A stretch of 64,000 nt of DNA from positions 72,958 through 136,957 of the forward strand of contig CAZFJX010000002.1 in assembly GCA_964519505.1 (NCBI GenBank), written 5' to 3'. The first letter of the stretch is position 1; each line of letters begins with the position of its first letter. Made by a program: the position numbers and the translations under genes. Shown here piece after piece: positions 44,384-53,943 of this stretch. The stretch is from an uncultured Desulfurococcales archaeon (GTDB lineage: Archaea > Thermoproteota > Thermoprotei_A > Sulfolobales > CAZFJX01). The notes under the pieces are model-generated. The model saw only the letters and a program-made list of their open reading frames with translations, was not told where the DNA came from and searched no databases.

Positions 44384-46846
44384 TTACTTTAGTAGCTTAA
44401 TGAAGAACCCATCACTTAGGTCCTCAGCATCCTTCGGGGGTTCCTCAGTAGTTATTTTCTTAAGCTTATGGAAGCACTGTAGGTCCTTAGTTAGAGGCTC
44501 TAACTCCTTGGGCACGTACAGTACTGCGTTAAGAGCCTCACTAAGCTTTAATCCGTGACTCTTCTTATAGTTCCAGACCTTACTATTAGCCTTCATGAAG
44601 AGGTCTAGCAACTTACCGTACGGGCTTTCCCATATGAATTCCTCATCCTTAATTGATTCTTTATGTATACTTTCCTTACCGTAAATTTGCCTCCATAAAT
44701 AGTCAGTAATGAATGGCATTATGGGAGCTAGTAGTTTAAGTATTGTACTTATTACTTTATGTATGGTGAACCAAGCGCCTTTCTGTTCATCCTCACTGAA
44801 CTTACCTTCAAGGTTATATGCCCTAGGCTTTACAGTTTCTATGTAGTGAGATGCAAATATATCCCACGTAAATCTATATAACTCATTGATAGGTTCGTAA
44901 ACATCAAATTTCTTAAATGCCTTAATGACCTTCTTACCTACCTCAGACATTTTGGTCAATACCATGTAGTCTATGGGTCTTAACTTAACCTCCTTCGCAT
45001 CCTTAATGACCGGAAACGCTGATGCGAACCTAACTATATTCCATAATTTAGTAGCGAAGAGTGCACCACTCTTCACGGTCTGTTCTGACCACCTGTAATC
45101 ACTACCTAACTTAGAGGCTATGGCTGCCCAGAACCTAAACGCGTCAGCACCATACTTCTCTATATACGGCTCTGGATACACTACATTACCCTTACTCTTA
45201 TGCATAGCCTCGCCCTTCTCATCTAGACCCATACCGCTTATCCTAACCCACCTAAACGCTGGCTTACCAAGGAGTAGGTAGACCCTTAAGATACTGTAGT
45301 AGAGCCATGTCCTAATGATGTCATAGCCTTGAGGTCTTAAGACATTACCGAAAGCCTTCTTAAAGAATTCTGGATCCCTAAGGTACTTAGTTACGTAAAG
45401 GGCCGATATCGACGAATCAAACCATGTATCAAAGACCCTCTTCTCACCTACCAATGCCTCCCTTGGAGCACCACACTTGGGGCATTTATCCCATGGCGGT
45501 GGGTCTATCCACGGTCTATAGTACTTGCCCGGTTCAGGTGTCAATAAAGCACCACACTTACTGCACTTCCATAGAGGTATCTCAGTAGCGTAATACCTAG
45601 TTCTAGATATCGGCCAGTCCATAGTCAGTGAGTTAATCCATATTTCAAGCCTAACTCTATGCTCCCTTGGGTAGAACTCCATCTTATCTAGTAGCTTAAG
45701 TAGATCATCCCTGTATTCTAACTGCTTTAGGAAATACTCCTCCATATGAATGTACTCTATCGGTGTACCACACCTCCAACACACAGGTACTGAATGTGCT
45801 AGTTGCTCAACCTTAACTAAGTAGCCCTCCTCCCTTAACCTATCAGTGATTACCTTACGGGCTTCCTTAATGGCTAAGCCCTTAAGGAAATTACCAGCGC
45901 GTTCATTCATCGTACCGTCAGGGTTTATCAGTACCCTAGGCGTTAGCCCTAACTCCCTAAATAACCTAACGTCATTTATATCGCCATAAGAACACAGCAT
46001 CACCAGCCCAGTACCGAACTCTGGTTTAGCAAATTCATGCTCAAATATCCTTACTTCCCTACCATAGATGGGTATTATGGCGTGCTTACCTTTAAGGTGT
46101 TTATACCTCTCATCGGCTGGGTTATATATCACGGCATCACAGGCATTAAGCAGTTCAGGTCTTGTCGTAGCTATTACTATATCCTCCCCTGTCTCCTTAA
46201 CCTTAAACTTAATGTAATAGAGGTAGGTAGTTTCTTCCTTATACTCTATCTCAGCTTCAGCAATAGCTGTCTTACACCGTGGGCACCAAGTAACTGGGCG
46301 TTCGGCTATGTATATAAGCCCTTTCCTAAATAACTCGATGAACGTGGCCTGAGTCACTCTCCTATACTCAGGGCTGTCAGTACCGTTTCTCCAGTACTCA
46401 TAGGTACATCCTAACCTCTTCCATATATTAACTAAATCCTTCTCTATTTTATCAAGAACCTGCTTACATAACTTAAGGAATCTCTCCCTCCCTTCAGGAG
46501 TCGCTGATGCCTCATGCGGGTTAATACCGTAAGTCCTCTCAACATAGACCTCCACAGGTAGTCCGTTCCTGTCAGCGTAAAATGGCTGTAGGACGTAGTA
46601 TCCATGCATCTTAAAGAACTTACCAATCATATCTATCTGCGCATAGTGAGCGGCTTGAGCAACACCCCATTTACCTGATGTGTATGGTGGTGGTGTATCT
46701 ATAATTAGCACCGGCCTTTTCTTTCCTGGCTCGTAAGTGCTTTTATAAAGCCCCTCTTTTTCCCATAGCTTAATGAGTTCAAGTTCTTTTTTTATATCCC
46801 ATCTCTTTTCCTTTATCTTAGGTTTTAACTCCATACCAATACTCAA
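44384..46846 (-). CDS. valS: Valyl-tRNA synthetase (non-canonical HIGH/KMSKS signatures)
   Basis: ValRS-type CP1 editing strings (IATTRPELL, EFGTGLVMLCSYGD) and an anticodon-binding C-terminus. The HIGH position reads GVAQ and KMSKS reads AMHKS. Confidence 0.82.
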   Translation of the reverse strand: MSIGMELKPKIKEKRWDIKKELELIKLWEKEGLYKSTYEPGKKRPVLIIDTPPPYTSGKWGVAQAAHYAQIDMIGKFFKMHGYYVLQPFYADRNGLPVEVYVERTYGINPHEASATPEGRERFLKLCKQVLDKIEKDLVNIWKRLGCTYEYWRNGTDSPEYRRVTQATFIELFRKGLIYIAERPVTWCPRCKTAIAEAEIEYKEETTYLYYIKFKVKETGEDIVIATTRPELLNACDAVIYNPADERYKHLKGKHAIIPIYGREVRIFEHEFAKPEFGTGLVMLCSYGDINDVRLFRELGLTPRVLINPDGTMNERAGNFLKGLAIKEARKVITDRLREEGYLVKVEQLAHSVPVCWRCGTPIEYIHMEEYFLKQLEYRDDLLKLLDKMEFYPREHRVRLEIWINSLTMDWPISRTRYYATEIPLWKCSKCGALLTPEPGKYYRPWIDPPPWDKCPKCGAPREALVGEKRVFDTWFDSSISALYVTKYLRDPEFFKKAFGNVLRPQGYDIIRTWLYYSILRVYLLLGKPAFRWVRISGMGLDEKGEAMHKSKGNVVYPEPYIEKYGADAFRFWAAIASKLGSDYRWSEQTVKSGALFATKLWNIVRFASAFPVIKDAKEVKLRPIDYMVLTKMSEVGKKVIKAFKKFDVYEPINELYRFTWDIFASHYIETVKPRAYNLEGKFSEDEQKGAWFTIHKVISTILKLLAPIMPFITDYLWRQIYGKESIHKESIKDEEFIWESPYGKLLDLFMKANSKVWNYKKSHGLKLSEALNAVLYVPKELEPLTKDLQCFHKLKKITTEEPPKDAEDLSDGFFIKLLK

Positions 46847-46963
46847 ACCACCTCAACATACATAATTAAATAGGTAATTAAAGTGTTGATGCTCAGCTCT
46901 AAATATTTAAGTTAAGTTTTATAAATGTTTTCTTTCTCATTAATTCTGTGGTGATCTAAGTTT

Positions 46964-48394
46964 GTGTTGCGTATACATAACACGTTGAGCAAGAGGCTTG
47001 AGGTTTTTGAGCCTCTAGAACCTCCGTTTGTTAAAATGTATTATTGTGGACCAACAGTCTATGACTATACTCACGTAGGCCATGCAAGGGCCATAGTTGT
47101 TGCTGATATTATTAAGAGATATCTCACATTAAGAGGGTATGACGTATTTTTAGTTCAGAACATTACCGATATAGACGATAAAATAATTAAGAGAGCTATT
47201 GAGGAAGGTAGGAGTTGGAGGGATGTTGCTGATGAATTCACCAAAGACTATTTTGAAGCGTTAAAAGCGTTAAATGCTAACCCAGATATTCACCCACGTG
47301 TTAGTGACCATATAGACGATATAATTAAGTTTATTGAGGGACTTATTGAGAAGGGTTATGCTTATGTAGCTAAGAGTGGTTCTGTGTACTTCGATGTTGA
47401 GAAATTCATTGATTACGGTAAGTTAAGTGGTAGGGTTAAGGGACCTGATTGGAGGCAGGAAGAAGAGTACTTAAGTGAGAAGAAATCACCATATGACTTC
47501 GCGCTATGGAAGGCAGCTAAGCCTGGAGAGCCCTGGTGGGAATCGCCATGGGGTAAAGGCAGGCCGGGCTGGCATATAGAGTGTTCAGTCATGAGTAGTA
47601 AGTACTTAGGGCCCCAATTCGATATCCATGGCGGTGGCCAAGACTTAATATTCCCTCATCATGAGAATGAAATAGCGCAAAGTGAGGCTTTCTTTGGCAA
47701 GAAGCCGTGGGTAAGGTACTGGATCCATCACGGCATGGTCACTATAAATAAGGAAAAGATGAGTAAGTCATTAGGAAATATAGTTACGTTGAGAGAACTG
47801 TTTAAGAGGGTAAAGCCTGAAGTCGTTAGGTTATGGGTGTTAAGTGCCCACTATAGATCCACTCAAGAATTTAGTTATGACGTACTAGAGCAGTACAGTA
47901 GGCTATTTGAGAGGTTAGTGCGTGCTACCCAGATCTTGAGACATATAATTAAGGAGGAAAGTGAATGCACTTACTTAAGTGATGAAGAATTAAAGGTTAT
48001 GAGGGAAATTCGAAGAATAAGATCAGAATTCTATAGCGCTATGGATAACGACTTTAATACGCCGCAAGCATTACGTGCCTTAACAAAACTAATATCGCTA
48101 GTCTTTAAAGAGATTGAACCTAAATCCTCAAAGACCTTAGCATTAAAAGCTTATGGAGCGTTAATGGAGTTTAATCACGTATTTGGTGTTTTAGACAGGT
48201 ACTTAAGTGAGACACCTGAAGAGATTACCAAACTTGTATATGGATTAATAAACCTAATAGTTAAGATAAGACAGAAACACCGAAAGATTAAAGATTATGA
48301 AACTGCAGATTGGATTAGGGCAGAACTACTTAAGCTAGGTATACAGCTCATGGATAGTAAGGAAGGAACTAAATGGGTCATTAAGATCAAGTGA
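46964..48394 (+). CDS. cysS: Cysteinyl-tRNA synthetase
   Basis: CGPTVYDYTHVGHAR (HIGH), KMSKSLGN and WHIEC zinc-site strings. Confidence 0.93.
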   Translation: MLRIHNTLSKRLEVFEPLEPPFVKMYYCGPTVYDYTHVGHARAIVVADIIKRYLTLRGYDVFLVQNITDIDDKIIKRAIEEGRSWRDVADEFTKDYFEALKALNANPDIHPRVSDHIDDIIKFIEGLIEKGYAYVAKSGSVYFDVEKFIDYGKLSGRVKGPDWRQEEEYLSEKKSPYDFALWKAAKPGEPWWESPWGKGRPGWHIECSVMSSKYLGPQFDIHGGGQDLIFPHHENEIAQSEAFFGKKPWVRYWIHHGMVTINKEKMSKSLGNIVTLRELFKRVKPEVVRLWVLSAHYRSTQEFSYDVLEQYSRLFERLVRATQILRHIIKEESECTYLSDEELKVMREIRRIRSEFYSAMDNDFNTPQALRALTKLISLVFKEIEPKSSKTLALKAYGALMEFNHVFGVLDRYLSETPEEITKLVYGLINLIVKIRQKHRKIKDYETADWIRAELLKLGIQLMDSKEGTKWVIKIK

Positions 48395-48443
48395 GTCACA
48401 TCACTCAACAACATTGTTTTCAACGAATTAGTCCCTACCTAAT

Positions 48444-48465
48444 TAGATGTAAATAGATGCATCTA
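48444..48465. promoter_or_regulatory. Operator-like repeats upstream of the RHH gene
   Basis: TAGATG (48444-48449) then the perfect 12-bp palindrome TAGATGCATCTA (48454-48465). The direct half-sites are 10 bp apart. A TATA-like TTTAAATTTATATA follows at about 48506-48519. Confidence 0.35.
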
Positions 48466-48541
48466 CTTAAGTAATTTCGAAATGGTGCACCTTCATTTAA
48501 ATTTATATACTTGACTAATAGTTATATTATCGGGTGGTAAA

Positions 48542-48700
48542 ATGGCAAGAACAAAAGGGATTTACTTCAGAATAAATAAGGATCTACTTGAGAGAATAGA
48601 CAGAATAGCACAGATTAAAGGTACATCAAGAAGCGAAGTAATGCGTGAAGCATTGCGAAAATACGCTGATGAATTTGAAAAATCACTTAAGACTACATAA
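48542..48700 (+). CDS. Ribbon-helix-helix (CopG/Arc-like) DNA-binding protein, 52 aa
   Basis: My own translation, as the gene is below the ORF-track size cut-off: MARTKGIYFRINKDLLERIDRIAQIKGTSRSEVMREALRKYADEFEKSLKTT. It shows the beta-strand/helix/helix pattern and the SRSEVMREAL signature of RHH proteins. GGTGG lies upstream. Confidence 0.6.
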   Translation: MARTKGIYFRINKDLLERIDRIAQIKGTSRSEVMREALRKYADEFEKSLKTT

Positions 48701-48856
48701 GAAATTAACATCAAATCGCGATTTAACCTACGTTTTTAAGTAACAAAAATAATTAAAATTACTGAGATATATTAAATTAACTAATCCTTCATAACCCCTA
48801 ACTTAAGTTAAGGTATTTAAGGGGGTAGTAACTAGCATTATGTTAGGTGTTATTTA

Positions 48857-49081
48857 ATGAGGAGGGAGCGTAACATAGCTTATATATTAGGACTGAAGTA
48901 CGGCCTTAAGGATGATCAGGTTAGAGAGTTAATTAAGGTTATTAAGGAAAATAAGTTCGAACGTGTTAGGCTGATTAACAGCGTTATTGAGTTTTTAAGG
49001 AAATCAGGCGTTAAAATGTCTGAGGATGTTGGTAATTATGTTGAGGATTTAGTAAGTAGGTACTATTCTAAGCTTACTTAA
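48857..49081 (+). CDS. Hypothetical small helical protein
   Basis: 74-aa ORF preceded by TAGGTG; no recognisable motif. Confidence 0.35.
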   Translation: MRRERNIAYILGLKYGLKDDQVRELIKVIKENKFERVRLINSVIEFLRKSGVKMSEDVGNYVEDLVSRYYSKLT

Positions 49082-49101
49082 CTTAATCGCCATACATTAA
49101 G

Positions 49102-50316
49102 TTACTTACGTAGCTTGATGTATGTTATAACTATGAATATTAGTGAGAGCGTTTGAAGTATTATGACGTAATAAGGCAATAAGTACGTTTTAAATATCTT
49201 AGCTGTAATTACCTTTCCAATAAGTAACGAGAAACCAAGGGTTATATTGAAGATCCCGTAAGCGGTACCCCTATATTCTATGGGTATCATATCAGCAATT
49301 GAGGCTCTCACGATGGTCTCCGTTATACCTATTACTATACCTATAAGCCCTGCTGTTAAATATACATATAGTCTCAATCCTATAGTGGCTGTGAATGGTA
49401 AGATAGAACTAACTATGGGTAAAGTGATTAGGGTTAGAAAGCCCCATTTTTCATAGGTAAACGATATGAGTACGGCACCTAAGGCATCAACTAACATAGC
49501 GATACTGTAGAGAATCAGTATCTCATAATCAGGAATGTAGTCCTTAACGAAGTATGAGAATATTTCATAAGAGATAAATCCTAAACCCCAAAATGCTATA
49601 GCCATCATGTAAAGGATAAAGTTCTTTCCTAAGGGTCTCAGATTCAATGCTTGGAATCCATGCCTGACGTTTTTCTTGATAGTGATACGTATGGTCTTTA
49701 CATATATGCCTCTAGTTATGACTAAGGTGCCCATTAAAAGTGCGTAAGGTATTGCTAATGACGCGAACGACATTGAATAGCTCAATGTTAAGTAAAGTAT
49801 TGAGGCCAGTATTAAGGGACCTAAAACGGCACCTACCTGATCTAGAACCTCATGGAGGGCGAAACCCTTTGCCGTACCGACCTTAGTTGAAGGTACTGAT
49901 AATAAGACATCACGTGCAGGGGATCTAAGTCCTTTACCCATGCGCTCAAATAAATAAAGAATAGCTATCAATACCCACGTACCCCCCAACGCCATCAGCG
50001 GTATTGATATTAATAGACCGTATCCAGCGAATGTAAAGCCCCAATACCTACCAGTAATATCAGCGTATATGCCAGCAGGTAACCTCACACCGTAACTTAA
50101 TATATCGGCAATGCCTGTAACTAAACCAACGATCTCAGGTGATGCACCTAAAGATCTCATGTATGGGGCTATAATGCCTCTAGCGCCCTCATAAATAATG
50201 TCGCCTAGAAGGCTAATCACGCCAAACAACAGGATTATCCTGTAAGCCTCCCTACGCTCACGCCCCAGCGGAAACACCACATTTACTAACGTGTACGTAC
50301 TAAAAAAGCTCAGCAT
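49102..50316 (-). CDS. Major facilitator superfamily transporter
   Basis: About 12 hydrophobic spans and an MFS loop motif (ERMGKGLRSPARD); 404 aa. Confidence 0.75.
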   Translation of the reverse strand: MLSFFSTYTLVNVVFPLGRERREAYRIILLFGVISLLGDIIYEGARGIIAPYMRSLGASPEIVGLVTGIADILSYGVRLPAGIYADITGRYWGFTFAGYGLLISIPLMALGGTWVLIAILYLFERMGKGLRSPARDVLLSVPSTKVGTAKGFALHEVLDQVGAVLGPLILASILYLTLSYSMSFASLAIPYALLMGTLVITRGIYVKTIRITIKKNVRHGFQALNLRPLGKNFILYMMAIAFWGLGFISYEIFSYFVKDYIPDYEILILYSIAMLVDALGAVLISFTYEKWGFLTLITLPIVSSILPFTATIGLRLYVYLTAGLIGIVIGITETIVRASIADMIPIEYRGTAYGIFNITLGFSLLIGKVITAKIFKTYLLPYYVIILQTLSLIFIVITYIKLRK

Positions 50317-50369
50317 GAACGTTTATGAAGGGGGCCCCGATAATTTAGTAGGCTAGGCAGGGCATAACA

Positions 50370-51803
50370 TTGAGCCTAACAAGCATTGTTAAAGCCCTAT
50401 CAAGCCTGCTAGTGATTGTTTCAGCAATGATGTTATTGATACCCATCATTGACATAATGACTGGACGCCCTATCTCTACGCCTTTCTTAATAGTAGGTTC
50501 AGTTGTATTAATACCTAGTTTATTAATCTCGAAGAAGCTCACTGCTGGTGAGTTAACTTCTTATGAGGCTATAGCTACCGCAGCTACAAGTTGGTTAGTA
50601 ATACCACTCATATCAGCTATAGCTATGTCTCTAGAGCTTAAGCTACCCTTCATAGATATGTACTTTGAGAGCTTAAGTGGGTTTACAGGTACGGGATTCT
50701 CAGTTATTCCGGACTTAAGGCCCTTGAAGCCCTCAATAATATTCTGGAGAAGCTTAATGCAATGGAGTGGTGAGTTAGGTATTGTTGTTTTCGCTGTTGC
50801 TATATTACCTCACGTGTATAAGGTTGTCACACGTGTTTACCTTGTTGAGAGAGGTAAGCTAACCGAGACTATAGTCTCTACAGCTAAGATGATTATAGCT
50901 ATATATGTAGTATATACATTACTTGGCTTAATAGCATATATGGCCACCGGGATGACATTCTACGAAGCCATAAATTACATCATGACCACGATAGCAACCG
51001 GAGGTATGGCTGTTTATAACGACAGTTTAAGAACAATCTACTTAAGGGCCCCCCTAGTCATTTATCCGGTAATGATCTTCATGGTATTAGGTGCATTCAA
51101 TTTCAATGATTTAAGGTATCTATTAAGAGCTAGGTTAAGTAAGCTTAAGGAATCACCTGAACTAAGACCCTACTTAATCTTACTAGCCATAGGGTCCTTG
51201 CTCACTGTATTGGCTCATTTATTTGTTGACCATATGAAACCTAGTGAAGCACTTATTTATGGGGTATTTCATTACCTCTCTGGAGCAACGACAACAGGCT
51301 TCACTCTCTCAGCGCTCTCTGACCTATCTGACGTAAGTAAGGCTGTCTTAATTATGGGTATGGCGATAGGTGGAGCAACCTTCTCCACAGCCGGAGGTAT
51401 AAAGGTATTAAGATTCGTACTTATTACGAAAAATATTTCATGGATCTCAGCACGTATGTTATTGCCTTCAGACGTGACCTTCCGTAGGGCTGTGGGTAAG
51501 GAATTAATAAGTGATGAAGCACTAGTATCAGCTCTTTCATTGGCTGTGACCTATATATCAATTAACTTCGTACTATCGTTAGCGCTCTCAGCAACAGCTA
51601 ATGTTAAGTTCATTGATGCTTTATTTGAAGTAACGTCAGGTATGAGCTGTGTGGGTTTGTCCGTAGGCGTAGTGTCACACACGTTACCAGCAGTAAGTAA
51701 AATCATTTTAATGATCGCTATGTACCTTGGTAGGCTAGAATTTGTGCAATTATACGTTATCACCGGGTATCTCTTAAAGAGAAAGTATGGATTAAGGATT
51801 TAA
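50370..51803 (+). CDS. trkH: Trk/Ktr-type potassium transporter membrane subunit
   Basis: Repeated pore-loop strings (GFTGTGFS, TIATGGM, TTTGFT, STAGGIK, MSCVGLS). Followed by trkA. Confidence 0.85.
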   Translation: MSLTSIVKALSSLLVIVSAMMLLIPIIDIMTGRPISTPFLIVGSVVLIPSLLISKKLTAGELTSYEAIATAATSWLVIPLISAIAMSLELKLPFIDMYFESLSGFTGTGFSVIPDLRPLKPSIIFWRSLMQWSGELGIVVFAVAILPHVYKVVTRVYLVERGKLTETIVSTAKMIIAIYVVYTLLGLIAYMATGMTFYEAINYIMTTIATGGMAVYNDSLRTIYLRAPLVIYPVMIFMVLGAFNFNDLRYLLRARLSKLKESPELRPYLILLAIGSLLTVLAHLFVDHMKPSEALIYGVFHYLSGATTTGFTLSALSDLSDVSKAVLIMGMAIGGATFSTAGGIKVLRFVLITKNISWISARMLLPSDVTFRRAVGKELISDEALVSALSLAVTYISINFVLSLALSATANVKFIDALFEVTSGMSCVGLSVGVVSHTLPAVSKIILMIAMYLGRLEFVQLYVITGYLLKRKYGLRI

Positions 51804-51874
51804 GTTTATAATCCCTACTAGTATGTAAGTAAATAGATAGTACTTGAAAACCACCTATATATAAGGGAAGGGTT

Positions 51875-52528
51875 TTGAGAATCTTAGTAATAGGTGGCGG
51901 AAAGACAGCGAGGGAGTTTCTTAAATTACTAGATCTTAGAAAGCACGCAGTAACAGTTATTGAGAAAGACCCTCACGTATGTAGTGAGCTTACGAAATAC
52001 TTTGATGTATCAATAATATGCAGGGATGCTACTGAAGGAGGTTTATATCTAAGTGAAATAGATATTAGGGAATACGATGCCGTCATAGCCTTAACAAATA
52101 GGGATGAGGTCAACCTATTTATACTAATGTTAGCTAAGGCTTATGGAATACCAATAAGGATAGCTAGAGTGACTGACTCAGCTCTTTCAGCAACCATAAA
52201 TAAACTTGACTTAGGTTCAGCAATAGTTGTTCCGGAAGTAATTGCTAGAACCATACATGATCAGTTAGCAGGTACTGCTAAGCCCTTCACTATGTTTGCC
52301 TCTAAAGAGTACGAGCTCATGGAGATGACCGTAAGTGATACTGATAAGATAGCTAATAAGAAACTAAATGAGCTTGAGTACCCTAAGGATAAAATCCATA
52401 TATTAGCTGTTTTTGATGGTGAAAAGCTAATTACTCCATCAGAAGACTTCGAGATTAAACCTAATCAGAGAGTAATTATGCTTATCTCAAAAGATTTAAA
52501 AGATGAGATAACTAAGTACTTCAAATAG
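51875..52528 (+). CDS. trkA: Trk system NAD-binding (RCK) subunit
   Basis: N-terminal Rossmann ILVIGGGKTA and a C-terminal RCK_C-like region. Confidence 0.8.
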   Translation: MRILVIGGGKTAREFLKLLDLRKHAVTVIEKDPHVCSELTKYFDVSIICRDATEGGLYLSEIDIREYDAVIALTNRDEVNLFILMLAKAYGIPIRIARVTDSALSATINKLDLGSAIVVPEVIARTIHDQLAGTAKPFTMFASKEYELMEMTVSDTDKIANKKLNELEYPKDKIHILAVFDGEKLITPSEDFEIKPNQRVIMLISKDLKDEITKYFK

Positions 52529-52547
52529 GAAAATCGTGTGATCATCG

Positions 52548-53408
52548 TTGAGTGAAGTAAACACAACAGCAACAACGACCACACCCGCCGACGTAGTGAA
52601 TGCCTTACTTAGCGAGACCTTAATAAGGCAGTTAGGCAACTTAGTCTTTAATTTACTGATTTTCATAACGGTCTCATTACTAATAATACTTATCACAAGA
52701 AAGGTGCTTGCTAATCTAGTCAGAAGGGGAATCATAAGTTATAGCGTAAGGGACATAGTGCTAAGTATAGTTATCTATATAACGCTGTTCCTAGCTACGG
52801 TAACGTTCATATCTCAGTTGATAGGTACCTATGCATTAATAATTTTTGTCATAATACTCATATTCGCATTCGTCATATTAGCTTACCACATGCTCGATGA
52901 TTTTGCTGCATTCATGGTTATATCCTTCGGTAAGATGTTAAGGCATGGCAAGTATTATACCATAAGGTCAATTGACGGCACACCCATAGTTAAGGGTAAG
53001 GTAAGGGAGATAACTGCCCTTAACACAGTTTTTGCCTTCGGTAACGAGTTAATACCTATAAGGAACTCGATACTCCTAAAAAGTATAGTAATTCCTTACG
53101 AGCCATTCATAACTCTTGAGGTAGCATTATCTTCTAAAGGAATTAGTTACACTGAGGAACACGTACGTAAGCTAATAAACACAATAAGAACGAAACTTCA
53201 AGAGAGTAGTGAAGTGCTTAAGGCCGGTGTGACGTCAATAACTGTTACTAACATAAACGACAATACCTTAACACTAGAGCTAATGTTCAAGCCAGCAATA
53301 TATCCAACAAGAGATATAGACCTTAATGACTGCATTTTAAACTTAAGGAAGGAACTCAATGACTTAGGTCTTGAAGTTCAGAATATAAGGTTAACAAAGT
53401 ACATATAA
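52548..53408 (+). CDS. MscS-like mechanosensitive channel family protein
   Basis: Three TM spans, then a beta-domain string GKVREITALNTVFAFGNELIPIRNSILLKSIV resembling the MscS core. Confidence 0.55.
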   Translation: MSEVNTTATTTTPADVVNALLSETLIRQLGNLVFNLLIFITVSLLIILITRKVLANLVRRGIISYSVRDIVLSIVIYITLFLATVTFISQLIGTYALIIFVIILIFAFVILAYHMLDDFAAFMVISFGKMLRHGKYYTIRSIDGTPIVKGKVREITALNTVFAFGNELIPIRNSILLKSIVIPYEPFITLEVALSSKGISYTEEHVRKLINTIRTKLQESSEVLKAGVTSITVTNINDNTLTLELMFKPAIYPTRDIDLNDCILNLRKELNDLGLEVQNIRLTKYI

Positions 53409-53464
53409 CGTAACATTAAGGCATAATTTAATATTTAGTTGTCCCATATAAACTAGTGTGAGGT

Positions 53465-53854
53465 GTGGGGTTGAGTCAAGAATCTAAACCACCATGGCCA
53501 GTTAGCGATGAGGATAAGTCATGGGGTATTATAGCGTGGGCCATAAGCTTTATTGGTGCTATATTAGCTTTAGTGCTTAAGCCGCAATCGAAGTACGCCA
53601 AATACTGGGCTTATCTCTCAATAGCATTCTTCATAATCTGGATTATTGCGTGGGCATTAATTGCAGGGATATCTTTAGCCTTAATGCTCGCACCAACAGT
53701 TGGGTGGTTTTTCTCAACAATAATTAGATGGTTCTTTTGGGTAGCCGTATTGATAGTATGGATCATAGGGATTATTAAGGCAGCGAACGTAGTTCTATGG
53801 AAGCCCCCAATAATATATGACTTAGCCAAGACTATAGGAATAGATAAAATATAG
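53465..53854 (+). CDS. Small integral membrane protein (DUF4870-like)
   Basis: 129 aa with three Trp-rich hydrophobic spans; the N-terminal DKSWGIIAW string resembles that family. Confidence 0.45.
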   Translation: MGLSQESKPPWPVSDEDKSWGIIAWAISFIGAILALVLKPQSKYAKYWAYLSIAFFIIWIIAWALIAGISLALMLAPTVGWFFSTIIRWFFWVAVLIVWIIGIIKAANVVLWKPPIIYDLAKTIGIDKI

Positions 53855-53943
53855 GGAACCTTAAGGAAACGTTAAGAACATTTTTAATAACTTAAGCTTT
53901 AACATCTTATTACCCTTCTATGCTAACCTAACTATGGCTATCC

